From Octopus vulgaris (taxonomy: Eukaryota), in NCBI GenBank assembly GCA_951406725.2, contig OX597821.1, positions 98,580,001-98,644,000 on the forward strand: a DNA stretch of 64,000 nucleotides, in the 5' to 3' direction. Each line of letters opens with the position of its first letter. The first letter of the stretch is position 1. This document shows positions 27,121 to 39,083 of the stretch, piece by piece. The notes under the pieces were generated by a model. It was not told the origin of the DNA, ran no database searches, and worked only from the letters and a program-made list of their open reading frames with translations. The position numbers were made by a program, and so were the translations under genes.

Positions 27121-28559
27121 CACTCAGTAAGTTTCCCTTTCTGGCGCATCACCCACATGTCAGAATGGATGCAAATTCAAATTTCGTCTCCTAATTAATA
27201 ATAATAATGAGAGAAAAACAGAGAAAGAGAGTGAGAGAGGTGGGAGATAAAATATTTCACAAATATCGCCGACGGGAAGGAGGCTGTGGTGCTGGCATAT
27301 ATCAGAGAATTACTGATTTTGTGGATGTGTCCTGTGTTTCATCAGCAGTCACTAACAAAAAAATATCTCTTCTTTTAGGACAGTTACCACAAATATTGGC
27401 CTAATTTCTTCCTCACAGCATTTGATAAATATATTTTGCATTTGTGGTGACAGACATGGAATTTTTATTGCATTTCATTTAACTTGTTGAAACTGGAGGA
27501 AAATGCATTGCCTATAACCTTGGCAGGGCCTCCGAGACTGGTGAGGTTGATGCTATTAATGTTCTATTTAAACTGTTGGAGGTCAACACTGCAGGAAAGA
27601 CATGAGTAGGAAAAAGACTCCAGGAACGTGATGTTCGGGGGGGAGAAAGGACTGGACATAATGGTTAGTACTGGGCTAAGGAGGTTGGACATACAAAGAA
27701 TGACGAGAGATGGACAGACGAGTGGTGCAGAATACCTGCGTGATGGAGGTACAACACCAGCCAACATTCTTTTTAAATGTTTTTCCCCGAATGGGATCAA
27801 ATTCAGCTTACAACTCTATGAAATACTGGAAGCTTACTGAAACCCTCTTTTCATCTGTATCTATTATCCGCGCAATGGATATAGCCCTCATTTCATTTAC
27901 TAAGCGGCTTAGCTATCACATCTATATTGACTGTACAGTTGTTTCATTTCTTTTATTGTCAGCTATCTACTACCCTAACCAGTTCACAAACAGAAACAGT
28001 ATAAGACTAACGATAATTAGTTTTCTTTGCATTTGAAATAGTCTTGTCTCGCTATTATTAACTTCAGTCTTTGATGGCTTAACTTCTGGAGGTTTTATTG
28101 CTTTAGAAAATTAGCCCTAATACTGTTTAATGCATTAACTCCGTTTTACGAAATATAAAAACCAATAAAATCATCCTCATATAGAATCACTTACGAAAAA
28201 ATTACGTCAAAAATAACTTAATGTGCTAATATCGATTTTTAACATTAAATAGAATTTATTTATGAGCTGTGACTATTGTAAAAATCATTTTTAATTTACT
28301 GATGAAAACGATTTGGGCAACCAATCAAATCCCTAAAGCTATTCATATTTCGATGTGTTTACGAATATTTTTGCTTATGTATTATCGTACGTTCATATAA
28401 CAATATCTGCTCAGCGATATTTCTGAAGCTCACATCATGATTGAGGTTCGGGACAAATCTGCAGATTCCCATCAACCCTGCTCTCTTTCGGCAGAGGATC
28501 ACTCTTCTGGGATACTTCTTTTCGTTGCGCAGCTCACCATACTGTATCTCGAATCGGGA

Positions 28560-30120
28560 CAATGTCGACAAACACGATGTCACCATCCGTTCGTGTGATA
28601 AAGAAAGGGGAAGCCCTAGGACCGAGGACGCCGAAGGTCTCAACAGCGAGTTGCACAAATAGGAGTCTGTCAGAAAATGGCTCGTACTTCGTCATCTGCT
28701 CCTCTGTGTTGCGGCGGAAGCTCCCGAGTTTTGACGGAGGTGACACGGCTAAGCGATATACGAAGGGCACCCAAAAGAAACCGGAATTTTGCAATGCTAT
28801 TTTATACACTTAGTTTTACGTGTTTACACTTTTATCGCCTTCAAAGTATTCTCTATTTGAAGCAATGAATCGGCCCAGGCGCGTTTTCCACTGATCGAAG
28901 CAGTGCCGGAACTCTTCCGAAGTGATGCCTTTTAACACCTCCGTTATTTTTTTTTTGTGTATTTTTTCTTCACCTTTTCCACATTTGTAAATTCAGTAAC
29001 CCAAGTTTTCATCACCTGTGAATACTTTCGAAAAAGGGTCGGATCAGCTTCCAACTGTTCTTTCAGTTCACGACACATATTCACTCGTGACTGCTTTTGA
29101 TCTTCCGTGAGCAAGCGAGGCACAAATTTTGCTGTAATTCTTTTCATTCGCAATTCCCTCGCTCAAAACACCAATCCAAGATACACCAATCATATCAATG
29201 TTATCAGTTGTTCAGTGACGGCCCTCCAAGATCAGTTCATAAATTTTCATGATGTTTTCATTCGTTCGGGAGGTCGACGGTCGTCCTGAACGAAGTTGGT
29301 CTTCAAGCAACAAGTGACCATTGCTAAAGTGTAAAATCCACTCGTAAACTTGTGTTTTGCTCATAGCAGCGTTTTTGCAAGCTGTCTGATGCATGACAAC
29401 TGCTTTGGCCGTCGTTTTCCCCAGCAGAAAACAGAATTTCGCAGAAGCACGCAGTTCCTTGTTTCAGCCATCGCAAAAATAGACGAACAGGGGAGAATTA
29501 CTGCAAAACAAAGATGCACTACGTGGCAGTACGACACTACACGAAGACGCCAGTCGGCAGATTGATACCCGAGGGTTACATAAACTGGCTTCTAGCGGGG
29601 GAAGCCCGAGCAACGGACTTGTCTCACCGAGAACATTCCGGTTACTTTTGGGTACAGGAAAAAAATGTATCCCATCTAGACACTTAACCGTCGCCGTAGT
29701 TGATTCCAGCAGGCTCTAGTTGTGACCTCGGTAGTAGCAAGTCCTTTTAAATAACGTCCTTTAGTATGGTTCAGTGAGGGGAATATGTCTCACACTATGA
29801 TAACAAGAAAGTATGCACAGTCCAAACTCGTTGACATTAGCTCCACAGTTGTATTTCTTCTGTAGTTTATACGGAAATTGAAACTCATAACAACTCCGAG
29901 AAAGATGCCAGTCGACGAAGAGTACCGAGTTAAATGTAACTCTGCGTAACAACCTGGTATTGTATCCATCGACTTCCCCCACTATACACTTGTCCACGAG
30001 TTTCTCCATATCACATACGAACCTAATGTGGGCCGTGGGTTCCAAACAGGCTATTCTGTCCTGCAGAAAACAGCTTATCAACGCGACGTGTGATAGCACA
30101 GTTCCACCAGTACAAGGATA
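28560..30120 (-). mobile_element. CRE-like RLE non-LTR relic (zinc knuckle plus endonuclease), interrupted by mariner
   Basis: CGANVNEFGLCILSC near 29820 and KYEPF...FVQLAVETFGVLGP near 28620-28690. Confidence 0.55.
28757..29655 (-). mobile_element. Internally deleted mariner (second family)
   Basis: MSKTQVYEW...RSGRPSTS and AKFVPRLLTEDQKQSR; imperfect TIRs ACCCAAAAGAAACCGGAA / TTCCGGTTACTTTTGGGT. Confidence 0.88.
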
Positions 30121-30164
30121 CAATCAATTCTTTACTAACCTCCTGACTGTTTCGCTACCAAACA

Positions 30165-31015
30165 GTGGAGTTTATGTTCAACGACTGGCACCTTTCTCGA
30201 CGATGCGTTCTTATGCATCGGTGTTGTCCTAAGCCCCAATCTCAGGACATACTCGAAGCTAGTTTCATAAACACAGTTAAAGAGCTATTGTCGACGAGTT
30301 TGGACTGCACCCGCTCTCTTGTCGTGGGACGTTTCTTTCAACACATCATACTGAACGGTGTCATTAAAAAGGGCCTCAGCGCCAACGCTTTCCTGTCACG
30401 ACTGGAGCCTATTAGCCTCGACTGCAAAGACGGCAAGCATCCAGTCGGAACAATCTTGTCTCCGTTCGAAGAAGGCATAGGAAGCACTCCGTCGGTTACG
30501 ACGACGAGGGTTCCGGTTGATCCGAATCAACGGAACAGCCTGCTCGTGAAATGAACGTGTAAGTGGCTGAGCACTCCACAGACACGTGTACCCTTAACGT
30601 AGTTCTCGGGGATATTCAGCGTGACACAGAGAGTGACAAAGCTGGCCCTTTGAAATACAGGTACAACAGAAACAGGAAGTAAGAGTGAGAGAAAGTTGTA
30701 GTGAAAGAGTACAGCAGGGATCACCACCATCCCCTGCCGGAGCCTCGTGGAGCTTTTAGGTGTTTTCGCTCAATAAACACTCACAACGCCCGGTCTGGGA
30801 ATCGAAACCGCGAGTCCGCTGCCCTAACCACTGGGCCATTGCGCCTCCACTCGAAGAAGGCATATCGCTCATCTGAAACACCATGTATTGTGCTATATTC
30901 TTCGTTGCTACCCGTGTCACCTCGGCTAAAACACGGTAGCTTCCGCTTGCAACACAGAGGATTAGAAGATGGACATATCCCTCTTCAGACCAGTCGCTAT
31001 TGAGCCCTCCGACAC
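30165..31015 (+). mobile_element. CRE-like RLE non-LTR relic, interrupted by a SINE
   Basis: VDEFGLHPLSC..QHIILNGVIKKGL...LEPISLDCKDGKHPVG (the RH..LN...EP...DGKRPDG pattern); resumes after the SINE TSD. Confidence 0.65.
30480..30850 (-). mobile_element. SINE family D
   Basis: 14-bp TSD TCGAAGAAGGCATA (30466-30479 and 30851-30864). Confidence 0.9.
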
Positions 31016-31422
31016 TCTTCATCTCAGAACAGCCGCTTTCTTCCTTCAAATTGTGATTAAGTCGCGCTTTCATTGCTACTATGTCTGATGCAGCACGTAT
31101 TGACTTCAAATTTTGACACAAGGCCAGCAATTTTGGAGAAGGGTGGTAAGTCGATTGTATCTACCCCGGTGCACAACTGGTACTTATTTTTTTCGATCTT
31201 GGAAGGATGAAAGGCAACGTCGACCTCAGGGGAATTTGAACTCAGAACGTAAAGACGGACGAAGTGCCTCTAATCATTTTGTCCAGCGTGATAACAATCC
31301 TGCTAGCTCGCTGCCTTCTGATGTAACACACATGATGCAGCTTTCTGCATTGCAACATCTCTTCTGTTCTATCTGTGAGGTGTGAGAAAAATTGTTTTTA
31401 AAAAAAATTAAATTGTCATTCA

Positions 31423-31845
31423 CACATAAATCGGAATTTCTTTTGTGATTTTCCATATTTTATAATATACCACATCTAAAAATACTGGGTTGGGGACTTT
31501 TGAAGGGATTTTTTCGCTATTTTTTGCCTGTTTTTCTTTTTGTTTTGTTCTTTTTCACACTGCCATTTTATAAAATCGTTGCCATATTTACCACGTGATT
31601 ATTAATTTTTTTCCACCCTTAATTGCATTTTTTCACACTTTTTTCATTCTCTAAAAGCATTTTTCTACACAACATAAAAATTAGATGATAAATATGGTTG
31701 CTTTACTTTCTGTGCGAATTAAAAGTGCTTCAGAATGTGATGTATAAAATAAGCGGGGACGGGAATCATTTTAGTGGTGGCCTGCTGTTCAAAGGGCTCG
31801 ATGTGCGAAAATCCCGAAAGAAACAGAAAAATTCCGATTTATGTG
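31423..31845. mobile_element. MITE-like element
   Basis: 17-bp inverted repeat CACATAAATCGGAATTT / AAATTCCGATTTATGTG around a non-coding T-rich interior. Confidence 0.6.
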
Positions 31846-32057
31846 ACAGCTATTCTGAAACTTGGCTCTTGGGCCAACTGCATGAAGATGAGTTGGGAGG
31901 TGTGAAATTAAGCCAGATTAGTTCTGAGATGTAAAATTAAGCCAGCCTTACAAAAAGCAAGTCTTACCACAAGTTGAGCAACAGAAGGATGACACTATTT
32001 CTATGTTTCACAAGATATCATTTTCCTGTAGATCTCTATATTTTTTGCATACTTTTG

Positions 32058-32269
32058 TTTCTTTACTCTTTTACTTGTTTCAGTCATTTGACTGCGGCCA
32101 TGCTGGAGCACCGCCTTTAATCGAGCAACTCGACCCCGGGACTTATTCTTTTTGTAAGCCCAGTACTTATTCTATCGGTCTCCTTTTGCCGAACTGCTAA
32201 GTAACGGGGACATAAACACACCAGCATCGGTTGTCAAGCAATGCTAGGGGGACAAACACTAACACACAA

Positions 32270-32332
<63 letters not shown>

Positions 32333-32491
32333 TATGACAGGCTTTCAGTTTCTGTCTACCAAATCCACTCACAAGGCATTGGTCGGCCCGGGGCTATAGC
32401 AGAAGACACTTGCCCAAGATGCCACGCAGTGGGACTGAACCCGGAACCATGTGGTTGGTTAGCAAGCTACTTACCACACAGCCACTCCTGT
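32058..32491 (-). mobile_element. SINE family B
   Basis: Near full-length copy. Confidence 0.9.
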
Positions 32492-32494
32492 GAC

Positions 32495-32700
32495 TTTACT
32501 TCAAGATCTTTTACTGTAGACCAGATCTTTTTTTCGCCATTCATTTCTGTCAAGAGCAGTAGATTCAACATCATTATATGGTATATTCAACTTCCCAAGA
32601 CTGGTTTTCAGCAAGTCTTTATGCCGTTTTTTTTTGGGGGGGGGTGCACTGTTTTTGCTCCCCAACAAATTGCTCACCATATTAAAAACCCTGCTTAGGG
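32495..32700 (-). mobile_element. RTE LINE extreme 3' coding fragment
   Basis: KKRHKDLLKTSL...ALDRNEWRK, typical of RTE C-termini. Confidence 0.55.
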
Positions 32701-32968
32701 ATGCATTCACCCCACCCCTTCATCCACCGTATTACATGATCAGTCACTTCAGCTGATTGGAAACCAGCATAGTGTGAATTGATGAATTTCATACTTTCTC
32801 TCATACCTCTGTATCTGATGTAAACTAGGGTAAGCGATTTCTAGCTGATCCTGAGAATTTGACGAAGACATTTAAGTGAAAGTATTCTAAGAATTTTATA
32901 TGATGGTTGTAAACAGCCCAACTTTCCAACATATGAAGTGTGAGCCAAAACCAACTACAATATATTGG

Positions 32969-33003
32969 TCCTCGGTAGTATAGTGGTAAGTATCCCCGCC
33001 TGT
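32969..33003 (+). pseudogene. 5' half of tRNA-Asp(GTC), truncated inside the anticodon
   Basis: TCCTCGGTAGTATAGTGGTAAGTATCCCCGCCTGT corresponds to the first 35 nt of animal tRNA-Asp-GTC. No 3' half seen; followed by TTTT and a SINE head. Confidence 0.8.
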
Positions 33004-33683
33004 TTTTAGGTGCAGGCGCGGCTGTGTGGTAAGAAACTTGCTTCCCAACCACATGGTTCCGGGTTCAGTCCCACTGCGTGGCACCTTGGGCAAGTGTCTT
33101 CTACTATAGCCCCGGGCCGACCAAAGCCTTGTTAGTGGATTTGGTAGACACGATAAATGCACGATAAACCAAAATTTTTATGCTGGCCTTAATGCATCAT
33201 TATAACCACACACGATTCCTAAGAGAGCCAAAAGATTTTACTGCTTTTTGAATACAAGATGCAATTTCTGTGTCCAAAGTTCCTTTTCAGTTGCCGAGGT
33301 TATTTAGAAGCAACGGATCTTCTCTGTTTGACTCACGCTTTTTGAAATTTAAAAATTGAATGAAAATTTTCAAATTTGATGTATTGATATTATTTTTCAC
33401 GCTGAATCTGATGTTGAAATCAATTAGAACAAAATTAAAGGAATTGAAAAGTGTGAGCCAAATAGAACCCCCCAACATGTGTGTGGCTTTCGATTGGTTA
33501 AAATTAATCAGAATTAGAAAACTTTAAAAGTGATTAACCTTTTATTTATGAATCTATAACAAAAATGAATTTCATCTCCATAATTAACAAACGAAACTAC
33601 ACCAATACACCAAATTTGAAATCAATTGGAACAAAATTAAAGAAATTGGAAAGTGTGAGCCAAAACCAACTACTATATATTGG

Positions 33684-33714
33684 TCCTCGGTAGTGGAGTG
33701 GTATCCCCGCCTGT
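33684..33714 (+). pseudogene. Second, more degenerate copy of the tRNA-Asp 5' half
   Basis: TCCTCGGTAGTGGAGTGGTATCCCCGCCTGT with a 4-nt D-arm deletion; same upstream flank and same SINE junction as 32969. Confidence 0.7.
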
Positions 33715-33718
33715 TTTT

Positions 33719-34127
33719 AGGTGCAGGCGCGGCTGTATGGTAAGAAACTTGTTTCCCAACCACATGGTTCCGAGTTCAGTCCCACTGCGTGGCACCTTGA
33801 GCAAGTGTCTTCTACTATAGCCCCGGGCCGACCAAAGCCTTGTGAGTGGATTTGGTAGACAGAAACTGGAAGAAGCCCGTCGTTTATATATATATATATA
33901 TGTGTGTGTGTGTGCGTGTGTATTTGTTTGTGTTTGTTCCCCCACCATCGCTTGACAACCAATGCTGGTGTATTTATGTCTCCGTAACTTAGCAGTTCGG
34001 CAAAAGAAACTGATAGAATAAGTACTAGACTTACAAAGAATAAGTCCTGGGGCTCGATATCTTCGACTAACATCCTTTAAAACGGTGCTCCAGCATGGCC
34101 ACAGTCAAATAACTGAAGTAAAAGAAT
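33719..34127 (+). mobile_element. SINE family B variant (partial duplicate at 33008-33148)
   Basis: Head GGTGCAGGCGCGGCTG..GTAAGAAACTTG; same body and tail as family B. Confidence 0.85.
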
Positions 34128-34872
34128 ATATATATATATAATCTACTATAGGCGCAAGGCCTGAAAGTTGGGTGGAGGGGCTAGTCAATAACATCGATCC
34201 CAATGCTCGACTGATACTTATAACGGAAAGATTCGAATCAACGACATATATTTGACTGACAATAAAGGCATGCTCTGGTGTGGGTTGATACATCACTATA
34301 GTTTGTTTGTATTTTTTACCATTAATCGTTAATCTAACGACGTCGTTCACAAGCAGTGTCAAATGCTTTGATGAGGTTTTGTAAAACTATCTCACTGTCA
34401 GGTATCAAATCCAGTCACCGGCATAAGATTAGTAGCGGACATAAGATTAGTAATAAGAAGCCTAAATAGCAAAACACCCCTGGGGTGGATAGTACAAATG
34501 CAGAACTTTTTAAGTGTGGAAGGGAGAAAATGACTGACATTCTTCACCCATTGATTGTTTTTCACTGAAGAAGTCCCACCAGATTGAGTAGACGCAATTT
34601 TTATATCATTATTCAAATCAGGTCCGATAATGCGGGAATTTTCGTGGACTATCCATCCTGTCTGTCAACTGTGGGGAAAGTGTAGACCCGTATGCTTTTG
34701 GAACGACTAAAAACATTCTTGTAACTTCGTACATACATACATACATACATACATACAATAGCTGTGTGGTAAAAGGCTTGCTTCTCAACCACATAGTTCC
34801 GGTTGACCAAAGACTTGTGAGTGGATTTGGTAGGTGGAAACTGAATGAAGACTATATATATATATAAATTTA

Positions 34873-35103
34873 AGGCGGCGAGCTGGCAGAAACGTTAGCA
34901 TGCCGGGCGAAATGCGTAGCCGTATTTCGTCTGCCGTTACGTTCTGGGTTCAAATTCCGCCGAGGTCGACTTTGCCTTTCGTCTTTTCGGAGTCGATAAA
35001 TTAAGTACCAGTTACGCACTGGGGTCGATGTAATCGATTTAATACCTATGTCTGTCCTTGTTTGTCCCCTCTATGTTTAGCCCCTTGTGGGCAGTAAAGA
35101 AAT
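34873..35103 (+). mobile_element. SINE family C
   Basis: Full-length copy. Confidence 0.9.
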
Positions 35104-35490
35104 ATGCAGGAGTGGCTGTGTGGTAAGTAGCTTGTTTACCAACTACATGGTTCCGGGTTCAGTCCCACTGCGTGGCACCTTGGGCAAGTGTCTTCTACTA
35201 TAGCCTCGGGCCGACCAAAGCCTTGTGAGTGGATTTGGTAGACGGAAACTGAAAGAAGCCCGTGTGTATGTGTTTGTCCCCCTAGCATTACTTGACAACC
35301 GATGCTGGTGTGTTTATGTCACCCGTTACTTAGCGGTTCGGCAAAAAGAGACCGATAGAATAAGTACTGGGCTTACAAAAAAAAAGAATAAGTCCGGGGG
35401 GTGGGGGCTCGAGTTGCTCGATTAAAAAAGGCGGTGCTCCAGCATGGCCGCAGTCAAATGACTGAAACAAGTAAAAGAGAGAGTAAAGAG
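35104..35490 (+). mobile_element. SINE family B
   Basis: Directly abuts a family C SINE. Confidence 0.9.
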
Positions 35491-35971
35491 AGAAATTGAT
35501 GTAACGACTCTCCCTAGACGCAAAACACACACACACACACACGCATGGATGCATAGATGCATGTAACAGCCGTGTGCGCTCGTCCCTCCCTCCGTCGTCA
35601 CTTTGACACTTTCACTCGTCTTCCCTGTATTTTCTATCAACCGGCGTCTGTTGACTTTAGCGTTTTGTTTTTATTTGTAACGTTACGTCACGTGTGTGTG
35701 TGTGTGTGCGCGCGCTCATGTGTGTGCGTGTGTGTGCGCACATGTATGGGGGAGGTGGTGTGATACAGACAGCTTCATATAGACACAAAAGCACACACGC
35801 ACACACATACACATACACGTGCACGCATACACACACACACACACAGCACAGGGAGACATATTTTGTATCTTTAATGAGAGCATGCTTGTCTTTCAATCCC
35901 TCCCCCCCCTCTCTCTCTCTCTACTCTTTCATACACACATGCCCATACACAGCTATGAACTATATATATAT

Positions 35972-36107
35972 AGATACATCCACGCACGCAGGCACACACA
36001 CACACACACACACACATAATAGATTTCCATCCACAAATACATACATACACATACACACACACATCCACATTTACATGTATATATATTTGTATGTGAGTGT
36101 ACATATG

Positions 36108-36142
<35 letters not shown>

Positions 36143-36145
36143 GTA

Positions 36146-36207
<62 letters not shown>

Positions 36208-36230
36208 CAGATACATCTAGATATCCACGC

Positions 36231-36263
<33 letters not shown>

Positions 36264-36346
36264 TACACAATAGATTTCCATCCACAAATACATACATACA
36301 CACACATCCACATTTATATGTATATATATTTGTATGTGAGTGTACT

Positions 36347-36380
<34 letters not shown>

Positions 36381-36407
36381 GATACATCTAGATATCCACG
36401 CACGCAG

Positions 36408-36442
<35 letters not shown>

Positions 36443-36480
36443 AGATTTCCATCCACAAATACATACACACACACACAGAC
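35972..36480. repeat. Higher-order tandem repeat, about 2.5 units of 170-240 bp built from microsatellites
   Basis: AATAGATTTCCATCCACAAATACATAC occurs three times; GATACATC..CACGCAC three times. Confidence 0.85.
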
Positions 36481-36635
36481 ACGCATACTCACGCTCAGCG
36501 TTTACACACTGTCCAGTATTAAAACATCTCTATGTTGTAGAGAAGAAGAAACTCGTCAGCTTTGATGTCGAGGTAAATACACAACACACTTTTATATACA
36601 TTATATATACATTTTGTTAGTTTTGTGTAACACTA

Positions 36636-36992
36636 TTTCTTTCCGTGTGTGTGTTTGTGTGTGTGTTATATTTGTTTCTCTCTCTCTGTATCCCTTGGTA
36701 CTACTAGCGAACAGTGGTCCCGGTGTTAAGCTAGTCGTGACTAGTCGATCCTAAGCAAAGTAAAATAAAACACAAAATAAATAAATTTTTTTTTTGGCTC
36801 AAAGTAAATGATTTTTGTTAAACAGAGTAAATAAAAACACAAAAACGCAAAGTAAGGATCGACTAGTCATGACTAGCTGGCGCGGACGCGCGACTGCGCG
36901 TGTGCGCGCACCGGGACCACTGTTCGCTAGTAGTACCAAGGGATACAGAGAGAGAGAGAAACAAATATAACACACACACACACGGAAAGAAA
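36636..36992. repeat. Long inverted repeat (arms 36636-36752 and 36855-36992)
   Basis: Near-perfect complementary arms, e.g. TGTATCCCTTGGTACTACTAGCGAACAGTGGTCCCGGTG / CACCGGGACCACTGTTCGCTAGTAGTACCAAGGGATACA. Confidence 0.95.
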
Positions 36993-37026
36993 CTGTTCTC
37001 AAGTAGTACCTATCCCTTTATGTATC

Positions 37027-37099
<73 letters not shown>

Positions 37100-37644
37100 C
37101 CTATCTCGATTTCTGTCTCTACCTCGAGTATCTTTTTTTTCTCTTCTCTCTACCCATCAGTCTCTCCCTCTCACTTTCCTTCAATCAAGAATTTCGCTAA
37201 ATTCACTGAAAACGTTCATTGCCCTATTTCGTTCGTTTGGTTCTCTGTCTCATCTTGTTTCATTGATTGCATAAGAGTTTACCCGTCCTACTTGCACTAT
37301 CACCCTTCATACCATCTTCCGAGTATAAAAACTACTCCTCATATATTTCGATATCATAAACAGTTCTGAAGAGAAAGTTAACTTGGACGTGGTGTACAAA
37401 CAGACACTAAAACCCAGTCTTCAGAACTGCTTCTACTACTGATGATGATGACGATAATCCTCTCTACTATAGGCACAAGGCCTGAAATTTTGGGGGTGGG
37501 GACTAGTCGTTTACATCAACTCCAGGATGAAAGGCAAAGTCGACTTCAGCGGAATTTGAACTCAGATTTCTAATTTTTGGAGTTATACCCTAAATTTGGC
37601 AAGAAGAATATAATCTACCTGACTCCAGTATCTGATTTGTACAG

Positions 37645-37700
<56 letters not shown>

Positions 37701-38769
37701 AAGTTGACTTTGGTAGGATTTGAACTCAGTTTGGCAGAACCGTTAGCACGCCGGGCAAAATGCTTAGTGGTATTTCGTCCGCCGTTACGTTCTGAGTTCA
37801 AATTCCACCGAGGTCGACTTTGCCTTTCATCCTTTCTGAGTCGATAAATTAAGCACCAGTTATGCACTGGGGTCGATATAATCGACTTAATCCGTTTGTC
37901 TGTACTTATTCATCCCCTTGTGGGTAGTAAAGAAATAAGTATGTTGAATACATTTTCACATATAATGCCTCCAAACGTCTGTTCCTACCCTACATTCACC
38001 TTACCAAATTACTGGATCATTCTGTCTAACCATCAGCTACAATCATGGGATAGCCGCTTTCTCAGTCCCCACCCACTGGCTTCGTCCTCTTTCTCTAACC
38101 GTTTTACTGTCGAAATCAGATATCTCTTCTCGAAATTTCATTACCCTTAATTACTGAAAGCAGTTTTATGTACCGAACTATCACTTGTTGAGGAATGTCA
38201 TGTCTGGAACCATGTTTGGAACCAAGTTCACTGAGGCAACGTGACCTGCAGAAAATACCAAATCTATTTTTTGAGTAGATACTTAACATTATTACCAGAA
38301 TAAACATGAAACTTAATTTTGCAGTCAAAGATTTAAGTTTTCCAGTTGTTACCAAGTGCAGTGACCCCCAAGTTGACAAATAATCACCCAACCCCACTAA
38401 AATATATGGGGATAGATTCCATTTTGTTTCTGTTTATTAATGAGAAAACAAAATGGCATTTGCATCCATATAATTCTTCTTTGCTGACATATTGGACAAG
38501 TTTTAAAAGTTTAAATCAAGATTTTTATCATACATGACAATTTTCCTGTCTCTTTAATCACCACAGGATCACCCAACCCCCACCGTGAAAAGGACCGATC
38601 AAACGCTCAAGGCTTTGTCTTCTCGTATAACATCCAAACTAAATACTTCAAATAAAAACAGCAATAATAATAATTCTTTCTATTATAGGCAGAAGACCTG
38701 AAATTTTATGAGGGTGGGGGCCAGCCAATTGCATCTATCCCGGTACTCAACTGCTACTGGTTTATCAAC

Positions 38770-38840
38770 CCATCGGTGGTTCAGTGGTAGAATGCTCGCC
38801 TGCCACGCGGGCGGCCCGGGTTCGTTTCCCGGCCGATGCA
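38770..38840 (+). tRNA. tRNA-Gly-GCC: tRNA-Gly(GCC), probably a retroposed pseudogene copy
   Basis: Matches the standard animal tRNA-Gly-GCC (GCATCGGTGGTTCAGTGGTAGAATGCTCGCCTGCCACGCGGGCGGCCCGGGTTCGATTCCCGGCCGATGCA) except G1>C and T-loop A>T (TTCGTTT). No encoded CCA; followed by ACTTAACTTTT; lies inside a TSD together with a SINE. Confidence 0.88.
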
Positions 38841-38853
38841 ACTTAACTTTTGA

Positions 38854-39083
38854 GGCGGTGAGCTGGCAGAAATGTTAGCGCGCCGGGCGAAATGCTTAGC
38901 GGTATTTCGTCTGCTGTTATGTTCTGAGTTCAAATTCCGCCGAGGTCGACTTTGCCTTTCATCCATTCGGGGTCGATAAATAAAGTACCAGTTTCGCACT
39001 GGGGTCGATATAATCGACTTAATACCTGTGTCTGTCCTTGTTTGTCCCCTCTATGTTTAGCCCCTTGTGAGTAATAAAGAAAT
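38854..39083 (+). mobile_element. SINE family C fused downstream of tRNA-Gly
   Basis: Full-length copy; its 3' end abuts TSD TGGTTTATCAACCC. Confidence 0.9.

Noticed and set aside
34395-34425. GGTATCAAATCCAGTCACCGGCA as the missing tRNA 3' half
   Set aside because: Does not match the tRNA-Asp 3' half and no cloverleaf can be built.
37361-37429. CAGTTCTGAAGA...TCTTCAGAACTG 12-bp inverted repeat with CTGAAGA (also CTGAAGAG at about 4052) as hammerheads
   Set aside because: No correctly placed stem II/GAAA; too degenerate to support.
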